Below, piece after piece: positions 57,280-64,000 of a stretch of 64,000 nt of DNA. How positions within the stretch are numbered: position 1 is the first letter of the stretch; the number at the start of each line of letters is the position of its first letter. This DNA is from an uncultured Nitrososphaerota archaeon (GTDB lineage: Archaea; Thermoproteota; Methanomethylicia; Nezhaarchaeales; WYZ-LMO8): assembly GCA_964586135.1 (NCBI GenBank), contig CAZPGS010000001.1, positions 18,761 through 82,760 of the forward strand. The letters run 5' to 3'. A model generated the notes under the pieces. The model saw only the letters and a program-made list of their open reading frames with translations. It made no database searches and had not been told where the DNA came from. Position numbers and translations under genes: made by a program.

Positions 57280-57975
57280 ATGCCCATTTACGTTAAGGAT
57301 TGGGATCTCGTAGTTCCCGGAGAAGTCTTGGCAGAAGGGGATTATGTCGCTGGTCCTTACGTGTATAAAGAAGGCAACAAACTATTTGCTACTGTTATCG
57401 GGATAGCGGAAATTAAGAGAGGAGTCATAAGGGTAGTACCATTGCAGGGGCCTTACATACCTAAGGTGGGCGACGTGGTCATAGGGATAGTCGTAGACTA
57501 CTTGCCCACGGCCTACGTCCTTGATATAAACTCCTCCTACAAGGCCATATTACAAGTAGCGGAGATATTACCTCCTCAAAAAGAGGTAAACGCCTTAGCC
57601 GAAGACTTATCTAAGTACTTAGATGTAGGAGACGTTGTTGTGTGCAAGGTTGTGAGGTTTGACAAATACTCAGACGTTGTAGTTTCTTGCAAAGGTAAAG
57701 AACTAGGTAAGATAGCTGATGGAAGGCTAATTAAAGTTAGCCCGGCTAAAATACCAAGGCTCATAGGTAGGAAGGGGTCCATGATTAACTTGATCAAGAG
57801 AGAGACCGGGTGTAAAATGATGATAGGACAAAACGGCTTCATATGGATAAAAGGCAAGGACCCAGCGTCCGAAGTTTTAACAGAAAAGGTCATACGAAAA
57901 ATTGATGAAGAGGCCCACATAAGTGGGCTTACGCAACGAGTTCAGGTCATGTTACAATCGGAGAAGAGAGGCTGA
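57280..57975 (+). CDS. rrp4: Exosome RNA-binding subunit Rrp4
   Basis: VVPGEVL, YIPKVGDVVIG, RLIGRKGSM and GQNGFIW. Confidence 0.95.
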   Translation: MPIYVKDWDLVVPGEVLAEGDYVAGPYVYKEGNKLFATVIGIAEIKRGVIRVVPLQGPYIPKVGDVVIGIVVDYLPTAYVLDINSSYKAILQVAEILPPQKEVNALAEDLSKYLDVGDVVVCKVVRFDKYSDVVVSCKGKELGKIADGRLIKVSPAKIPRLIGRKGSMINLIKRETGCKMMIGQNGFIWIKGKDPASEVLTEKVIRKIDEEAHISGLTQRVQVMLQSEKRG

Positions 57976-57981
57976 TGTTTA

Positions 57982-58737
57982 GTGAGCGTAAAGGGCAAGG
58001 AACTCACGTTGATAAGTCCTGATGGTAGGAGGCTCGACGGCAGGAGGCCAGACGATATAAGGGAGCTCAAAATAAAGGCCGGGATATTGGAGAACGCCGG
58101 CGGCTCTGCTTACGTCGAATTGGGCAACACCAAGATCTATGCAGCCGTTTACGGGCCGCGTGAGGTGCATCCTAGGCACTTGGCCCTGCCCAACAGAGCC
58201 GTCATAAGATGCAGGTACCACATGACGCCCTTTTCGGTCGAGGAGAGAAAATCGCCTGCGCCTACTAGGAGAGAGATAGAGCTATCGAAGGTGATAAGGG
58301 AGTCTTTGACTCCAGCAATAATCGTGGAGCAATTCCCATTTTCGGCAATCGATATCTTCATAGAAGTGATTAATGCGGATGGGAGCACTCGTTGTGCAAG
58401 CATAATCGCGGCGTCCGTCGCATTGGCATCTGCAGGCATACCTATGAAGGACCTCGTGGCGGCGTGTTCTGTAGGCAAGATAAATGGCGTGCTTGTCCTC
58501 GACGTCACTGACGTCGAGGATAAAAACGGAGAAGTCGACATGTCTTTTGCCATGATGCCCAATAGAAATGAGATAACCTTGCTCCAGCTAGATGGAGTGT
58601 TAAGCCTCGAGGAGATAGAAAGAGCGATTTCTATGACCAGTAAAGCTTGCAAGGAGATATACGAGAAGCAAAAAAGTGCTCTAAAGGAGAAGTACATCGA
58701 GCTACGAAAAGCCGTTGAAGAGGGCGCTAGAACATGA
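57982..58737 (+). CDS. rrp41: Exosome subunit Rrp41
   Basis: RLDGRRPD, YGPREVHP, RREIELSK, ADGSTR and EDKNGEVD. Confidence 0.96.
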   Translation: MSVKGKELTLISPDGRRLDGRRPDDIRELKIKAGILENAGGSAYVELGNTKIYAAVYGPREVHPRHLALPNRAVIRCRYHMTPFSVEERKSPAPTRREIELSKVIRESLTPAIIVEQFPFSAIDIFIEVINADGSTRCASIIAASVALASAGIPMKDLVAACSVGKINGVLVLDVTDVEDKNGEVDMSFAMMPNRNEITLLQLDGVLSLEEIERAISMTSKACKEIYEKQKSALKEKYIELRKAVEEGART

Positions 58738-59534
58738 TGCCAAAGCTAAAGAGGCAAGAAATAGTGGACCTCCTTTCATCTGGGAGGAGGATCGACGGGA
58801 GAGGGCTAGAGGAGCTGAGGGCTTTGGAGATTAGATGTCGAACTGTGAAGAACGCTGAAGGCTCAGCTGAGGTTCGGCTTGGCAAGACTTTAGCGATAGC
58901 AGGAGTGAAGACGAGCGTGGGGACGCCCTTTGCAGACACTCCTAACATGGGGGTGATGATAGTCAACGCAGAGTTCCTTCCAATAGCGTCGCCTACTTTC
59001 GAGCCTGGTCCCCCCGATGAGAACGCCATAGAGTTGGCAAGGGTCATCGACAGAGGACTAAGAAGAGCCGGGATGATAGACTTAGAGCAACTTTGTATAG
59101 TTCCCGGCAAAGCCGTGTGGGAAGTGTGGATCGACATATATGCCCTGAACCACGACGGCAACCTCATGGATGCCTCGGCTTTAGCGGCCGTTGCGTCTAT
59201 CTTAACAGCAGAGATGCCCAAAGCCATGGTAAACGAAAAGGGCGAAGTGATGATAAACAAAAGCGAAAAACAGAAGCTACCAATAAAGAGCATACCGATC
59301 ACGGTCACGATAGCCAAGATAGGTGATAAACTGGTGGCCGATCCAAGCCTGGACGAGGAGGAGGTCGCGGACGCGTTTCTGACAGCAACCTTTGTGAAGG
59401 ACAACGTCTGCGCCATTCAAAAGAGGGGAGAGAAAAGCTTAACTGCAGAGGAGACTTTGAGGGCTCTTCAAATAGCAAGGCAAAGGGCTCGTGAGCTCCT
59501 CAAAATAGTTAAGGAGGTCGTGGGCAGTGGGTAG
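58734..59534 (+). CDS. rrp42: Exosome subunit Rrp42
   Basis: RIDGRGLEELR, FEPGPPDE and HDGNLMDA. Confidence 0.96.
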   Translation: MMPKLKRQEIVDLLSSGRRIDGRGLEELRALEIRCRTVKNAEGSAEVRLGKTLAIAGVKTSVGTPFADTPNMGVMIVNAEFLPIASPTFEPGPPDENAIELARVIDRGLRRAGMIDLEQLCIVPGKAVWEVWIDIYALNHDGNLMDASALAAVASILTAEMPKAMVNEKGEVMINKSEKQKLPIKSIPITVTIAKIGDKLVADPSLDEEEVADAFLTATFVKDNVCAIQKRGEKSLTAEETLRALQIARQRARELLKIVKEVVGSG

Positions 59535-59754
59535 AATGAAGAAGGTCAAAACTACTGGCAGGTTCGAGGCGAGGTATGGGGCGACGATAAGGAAGAAGGT
59601 GGCAGAAATAGAGGTGATGATGAGGGGCCCTCACAGGTGTCCTTACTGCTATTCAGTGGGCAAGGTAAAACGTAAAGCCGTGGGCATATGGTATTGCAGG
59701 AAGTGCGGGACGATTTTCACCGGAGGGGCTTACGTACCGAAGACTGGGCTATGA
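59527..59754 (+). CDS. rpl37ae: 50S ribosomal protein L37Ae
   Basis: GRF.ARYGATIRK and CPYC...GIWYCRKCG..FTGGAY. Confidence 0.96.
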   Translation: MGRMKKVKTTGRFEARYGATIRKKVAEIEVMMRGPHRCPYCYSVGKVKRKAVGIWYCRKCGTIFTGGAYVPKTGL

Positions 59755-60314
59755 TCGAGCCCCCGTCTAGCGTCAAGTACGTGATATCGACATGTCTTAG
59801 ACCTTCGAGAAGGCTGCGCACTTTTGGACGAGATCTGGCACACGCTTTAATTAGCGGTCATTTCATAACTCGAGGCAAGAAGAGGATACTGGACCTAAAG
59901 GGCCTAGCCTTAAACTTTAAAGCCTCTAGATTGATCATAATTCAAGCCAGGAAAGGCAACCCCAGCAGGTTGAATTTTTACGACGCAACTCTCAAGGAGG
60001 TACCACTCTTAGGCTTGCTACTTGTGTCAGGCGTAAAGCTGGTTAGGGAGCAAAAACACACTACATGGGCTCCTCAGCAAGCGAAGCTCGTCGTCGATTA
60101 CGACCTAGAAGCTGTCCCCTCAGAGGTAAGGCGAGAAATAATGTTGATTCCTACATTATTTGACTTGGAGGTCAGCACGACGGAAGATGATAGGTGGGTT
60201 ATGAAAGTTTCATGGACTGAAAAGGGCCTTGAGATTTCATTTATGGACAGGGGACGGGCTCTGTCGTTTGGCCCAGTCATAAGGGTGAAACGGGTTGTGC
60301 TATCGACAACATAG
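59751..60314 (+). CDS. Brix/Imp4-domain ribosome biogenesis protein
   Basis: STCLRPSRRLRTF, RGKK, KGNP and GPVIRV; usual position in the superoperon. ATG at 59751. Confidence 0.82.
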   Translation: MIEPPSSVKYVISTCLRPSRRLRTFGRDLAHALISGHFITRGKKRILDLKGLALNFKASRLIIIQARKGNPSRLNFYDATLKEVPLLGLLLVSGVKLVREQKHTTWAPQQAKLVVDYDLEAVPSEVRREIMLIPTLFDLEVSTTEDDRWVMKVSWTEKGLEISFMDRGRALSFGPVIRVKRVVLSTT

Positions 60315-60579
60315 CGCAAAGATAATCATCGAAGGCGAAGAACACAAACTCGGCGTGTTGTTCTCGGCCCTCAAGCCTGAGAGTGAAGACAGGGGTAGGG
60401 GGTTTTCGGCTGAGATATCCATCGACGAGGAAAAGTTAATAATAAGATTGAGTGCTAAAAGCTTAAGTAGGTTAAGAGCGGTAACGAATTCGTATTTGAG
60501 GTGGATAAAGTCGATATTTGAAGTCATTGAGAGTGGTGATGTAGTTGCAGGCGCAAATCCCACCAGAAGTGCAGCATAA
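60295..60579 (+). CDS. pcc1: KEOPS subunit Pcc1
   Basis: ALKPE and LRAVTNSYLRWI. Confidence 0.88.
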   Translation: MCYRQHSAKIIIEGEEHKLGVLFSALKPESEDRGRGFSAEISIDEEKLIIRLSAKSLSRLRAVTNSYLRWIKSIFEVIESGDVVAGANPTRSAA

Positions 60580-60898
60580 GATAATGCAACTACAGGAGTT
60601 GCAAGAAAGGATTAGGACACTTACCTTGCGAAGACAACAGCTTGAAGTGGAGCTAAGAGACGTCGAAAGCGCATTAGACGAGCTCAAAAACGTCGGCGAG
60701 GATGCTTCCATCTTTAAGTTTGCTGGGAGGGTTTTGATGCGCGTGAGCAAGGATGCTATGGTCAAGGAGTTGACGGAGAAGAAGGAGACTCTGGAACTGC
60801 ACATAAAGACATTAGAGAAACAAGAAGTCCACGCTCGGAAGAGATTAGAGGAGTTAAGACAAGACTTGAGCCAGAGCCTAGTGAGCGTATCGATGTAA
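60545..60898 (+). CDS. pfdB: Prefoldin beta subunit
   Basis: IPPEVQ, coiled coil, IFKFAGRVL and LELHIKTLEKQE. Confidence 0.93.
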   Translation: MQAQIPPEVQHKIMQLQELQERIRTLTLRRQQLEVELRDVESALDELKNVGEDASIFKFAGRVLMRVSKDAMVKELTEKKETLELHIKTLEKQEVHARKRLEELRQDLSQSLVSVSM

Positions 60899-60921
60899 AT
60901 GAAGTGTTCCACGAGATATAA

Positions 60922-61236
60922 ATGCCCAATGTCGAGGAAATGCTTAAAAAAGTCCAAGAAGCAACTATAAATTACTTAATGGGCCTAGTACAACCCAAGG
61001 AGCTCATAGATGCGTGCGTCTCCCTATCCTTTGAGGACGGCGTCCTAAACGTCGAGGTTGAAGTGTCTTTACATGAAACAAGCTTGAAGAAACCTACCGA
61101 AATAGCTAAGAAAGTTGCACAATATGCGCTCGATCTATTCGATAACATATGGAGGGAGGGCCTTGAGAGAGGTTCTCTTAACAAAGATGGTAAAAAAGGC
61201 CGAGAAAATAGTCATAACCAGCCACCAGAACAGTGA
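60922..61236 (+). CDS. DUF3194-like hypothetical protein
   Basis: Size, LNVEVEV strand and position after pfdB. Confidence 0.55.
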   Translation: MPNVEEMLKKVQEATINYLMGLVQPKELIDACVSLSFEDGVLNVEVEVSLHETSLKKPTEIAKKVAQYALDLFDNIWREGLERGSLNKDGKKGRENSHNQPPEQ

Positions 61237-62158
61237 CGTTGACGCTGTGTTGAGCTGTTACGTTGCGAAGAAGATTATCAATAAACTTAATCCACGAGCT
61301 ATAGTCAGCATAATAACGCCCGGAATGAACCTTCAAGCGAGAAAGGTAGCTGAAAGCTTGGAGATCGCGACTGAGATCGTTGAAGGGGATGACCTTCCCC
61401 CATATGATCTATGCCTACTGGTAGACGTCAATAATTTAGCGCACATAGGTGCGTTGAAGGACCACGTAGCGAAGGACAAGCCAGTAATAATAATAGATCA
61501 CCACCGACCTTCGAGTGGCATGCCTTCTAACGCTTTTTCAATAATAGATGATGGGGCTGTGGCGACGGCGGAGGTCATATGCGACATTCTGATGAATTTA
61601 AATTTAAAACCAACGAGAGAAGAAGCGCGGTGCCTATTGATCGGCATACTTTCGGATTCTAGGAGGTTAATGATGGGGACCGAGAAGACGCTACGAGATG
61701 TAGCCTTTTTACTATCTCACGGTGCCTCGCTACCTGAAGCCGTCACTGTCCTCAGCATGCCGATGAGCTATTCCGAGAAGATAGCGAGGCTTAAGGCTTC
61801 GCAAAGGGCATCGTTGTACTCCTTAGGCCAATGGGTTGTGGCCGTTTCAAGCGTAGGTTCACATGAGGCTTCAGCGGCGAGGGCGCTAATTGATTTAGGC
61901 GCTGATCTGGCTGCTGTTTGTAATGAAGTTGACGGTGAAGTTAGGCTATGTGCTAGGGCCAGCGAGGAGTTCGTTAAGAACACGAATGTGCACCTCGGAG
62001 AAGAGTTGGAAAAGCTGGGTTCGATTATGTCTGGCTCAGGAGGGGGCCACGCCAGCGCCGCTTGCGTCACCGTCCCAAGACGGTGTAGCGAAGTTATAGA
62101 CGGATTTCTCACACTTGTGAGTAGCAAGCTAAAATTGCCCACCAAGAAGATAGACTAA
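61163..62158 (+). CDS. DHH/DHHA1-family phosphoesterase
   Basis: HQNSDVDA, LVD, IIDHH, ILSDS and GGGH motifs. TTG 61163 after GGAGG. Confidence 0.9.
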   Translation: MREVLLTKMVKKAEKIVITSHQNSDVDAVLSCYVAKKIINKLNPRAIVSIITPGMNLQARKVAESLEIATEIVEGDDLPPYDLCLLVDVNNLAHIGALKDHVAKDKPVIIIDHHRPSSGMPSNAFSIIDDGAVATAEVICDILMNLNLKPTREEARCLLIGILSDSRRLMMGTEKTLRDVAFLLSHGASLPEAVTVLSMPMSYSEKIARLKASQRASLYSLGQWVVAVSSVGSHEASAARALIDLGADLAAVCNEVDGEVRLCARASEEFVKNTNVHLGEELEKLGSIMSGSGGGHASAACVTVPRRCSEVIDGFLTLVSSKLKLPTKKID

Positions 62159-62206
62159 GACGGCATATGGAGTGAGAGAGTAAGAGGTCACAAGCGCAAA
62201 TATCGC

Positions 62207-63757
62207 TTAATTCTCAAGCATCTTCATTGCTTCCTCAAAACTTCTTGTTACAATCTTCTTGTCGTAACCAACGTCGACTACATCCCATGGGGCCTCTTCT
62301 TTCGGCTTAAGGAAGTCCTTCGGCAAAAGTCTCATCATAGCGGCCCACGACTTTAACTCGAGCTCTGCCAACTTCACTAAATAGGGGCCCAGCTCGTCAT
62401 CGCCGAGAGAGAGTATGGCCTGGAAAGCGGCCCTATAAGGATTTAGAGTCTCAAGCTTCACCCTAGGACCTCTCAAAAGCTTTGAGTAGAGTTTGTAGCT
62501 CCTCTTCACCTCATCTGGCTTGGGCGGAGGAAGCCATTGGAAGGGCGTGTGCGCTTTAGGTATCAAGGGGTTCATAGATATGTGAAGCGCTGTTCTGCCC
62601 TTAGACATGATTTTAAGGATCTTCTTGATTAGTTGAGCGCTGCTTTCTAAGTCTTCTTTGGGCAGACATGTGATTAAGTAAAACTTTATCTCCGCAAGGC
62701 CTTTGTCCACAATCATTTGCACGACATTTTCCAACACTTCATCGTCGTAGGTCTTGCCCAGAAAAGCTCTGTTCGCTTCAGACAGCGACTCTACTCCGAG
62801 CGCTATGGTCCTTTGGCCCCCTCTCTTAGTGAGCTCTAAGAGTTCTTCGTCAATGACTTCAGGTCTAAGAGATGGTATGGATAGGCTGAGGTTCCTCGAC
62901 AACACCTCTACGCATATGTCCTTAAGCCACGGGACGTCAAAGATGCCCGCGCCGATGAGGACTACGCTATTGGCTCTGCTTCTCAAGGGGCCTTCGTCCA
63001 GCAAGTCCCTTATCTTGCTTAAGCTCCTATACCTAAGGGGGCCGTTGGTCCAAGACACGAGGCAGAATCTACACCTTCTATTACATGATCGAGAAACCTC
63101 AAGGCAAAAGGCATTTGCGAAAAGAGGGTCGATGAGCGCATCAGTGCTCGCAGCGGTGAGCTGAGCTAATATGTGAGGGGCCTGGTCGAGGTCCAGAGCT
63201 AGACATCTCTCCGCCCTATCCTTGCCGTGGCGATAAACAAACTTTAAGTTGCCGACGTCCTCTATCTTCCTTCTCTTGCTCGATTTCGACTTCAATACCT
63301 CTAATAGGTCACTGAGGCAAGGCTCCAAGTCGCCTACGAAGACGCAGTCCACTATTTTTGAGACTGGCAACGGGTTGGCTGACACAGCCTGGCCGCCAGC
63401 AATTACTATGGGATCGGCCTCACCGCGCTCGTCTGCAATAGGGTTTAGGCCAGCATCTAAGAGCATTCTCACCATGTTCACGTAGTCCTCTTCGTATTGA
63501 AGCGTAAAGGCGATGACGTCGAAGTCCCTCAGTTCTGCTCCACTCTCAACGGTCCTGAGAGGTTTTGTGAGGAAACACCGCTCGCACAGCACTTCGTCGT
63601 CTAGGTTAAACAGGTAATAGAGCTGTTGAACCGTCAGGCCAGTCATTCCAGCTTTATAGACGTTTGGATAGCAAAGGGCTATCTTCAACTTGCTCCTCTG
63701 CCAGTTCTTCCTCACCACGTTGTACTCTAGGAAGCTAACTTTTTTCGCTAAGTCCAT
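62207..63757 (-). CDS. Radical SAM protein with N-terminal B12-binding-like domain
   Basis: YPNVYKAGM, AFTLQYE, IAGG..NP.P, EVSRSCNRRCRFC, PSLR and PKAHTPFQW. Confidence 0.85.
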   Translation of the reverse strand: MDLAKKVSFLEYNVVRKNWQRSKLKIALCYPNVYKAGMTGLTVQQLYYLFNLDDEVLCERCFLTKPLRTVESGAELRDFDVIAFTLQYEEDYVNMVRMLLDAGLNPIADERGEADPIVIAGGQAVSANPLPVSKIVDCVFVGDLEPCLSDLLEVLKSKSSKRRKIEDVGNLKFVYRHGKDRAERCLALDLDQAPHILAQLTAASTDALIDPLFANAFCLEVSRSCNRRCRFCLVSWTNGPLRYRSLSKIRDLLDEGPLRSRANSVVLIGAGIFDVPWLKDICVEVLSRNLSLSIPSLRPEVIDEELLELTKRGGQRTIALGVESLSEANRAFLGKTYDDEVLENVVQMIVDKGLAEIKFYLITCLPKEDLESSAQLIKKILKIMSKGRTALHISMNPLIPKAHTPFQWLPPPKPDEVKRSYKLYSKLLRGPRVKLETLNPYRAAFQAILSLGDDELGPYLVKLAELELKSWAAMMRLLPKDFLKPKEEAPWDVVDVGYDKKIVTRSFEEAMKMLEN

Positions 63758-63867
63758 TTTTGAGGCTCTCCCAGCTTAAACGAAGAGCAGGCCGACACTT
63801 AACTTAAACATACTTAAACATAAAAATGAGGCACACTACTAGATCATGAGGTTGAAATCGGGAAAGC

Positions 63868-64000
63868 CTAAGCTGGTTGCTGGAGGGCCTTTGCCTCTTC
63901 GCTTTCGAGCGGTACTTGAAGGAGCTTGCTCTTCATCGCTTCGACTTTTCTTAGTGGGTATATCTTCTTAGCCTTGTTGTAGGCATCGGACGAAATCTTT
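63868..64000 (-). CDS. rps3ae: 30S ribosomal protein S3Ae; C-terminal part, starts beyond the window
   Basis: Manual translation ...KISSDAYNKAKKIYPLRKVEAMKSKLL...QQPA*. Confidence 0.85.
   Translation of the reverse strand, partial: KISSDAYNKAKKIYPLRKVEAMKSKLLQVPLESEEAKALQQPA

Overview
Archaeal core-genome window from a TACK/Thermoproteota lineage. The inference rests on Rpo8/RpoG, a SmAP3-type Lsm, an HMf-like histone, Alba and class V FBPase together; a finer assignment such as Methanomethylicia-like would be a guess. It is dense with information-processing genes: (1) srp54-pus10-rpl21e-rpoF-DUF655-ksgA-hemK-trmJ-rpl10e; (2) dph2-csl4-rpoL-tfs-pcn-priL-priS-gins-rpl44e-rps27e-aIF2a-nop10; (3) the first part of the S10 r-protein cluster; (4) fbp-ABCE1-THUMP-Ubl/Cgi121-radical SAM-rps17e-histone-thermosome; (5) the proteasome/exosome superoperon. 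It also has ppsA, ileS, aspS, aglB, tgtA, tRNA-Ser(TGA) and tRNA-Val(CAC). Read by hand and absent from the ORF track: nop10, rpl40e, partial rps3ae and COG1325 genes, a DUF2116-like gene without an in-frame canonical start, two C/D-box guide RNAs, a decayed PAPS-reductase-family pseudogene, and a 23-aa ORF made only of Glu and Trp after the Met, with its own promoter, RBS and terminator signals upstream of ABCE1. Other notable points are single-gene inversions of rps19 and rpl21e inside conserved operons, a ubiquitin-like(GG)-Cgi121 fusion, a very divergent type IV pilus-like locus and a divergent TFB-like protein. No CRISPR array, rRNA, intein or transposase was seen. All family calls come from recognising motifs by eye, with no database search.
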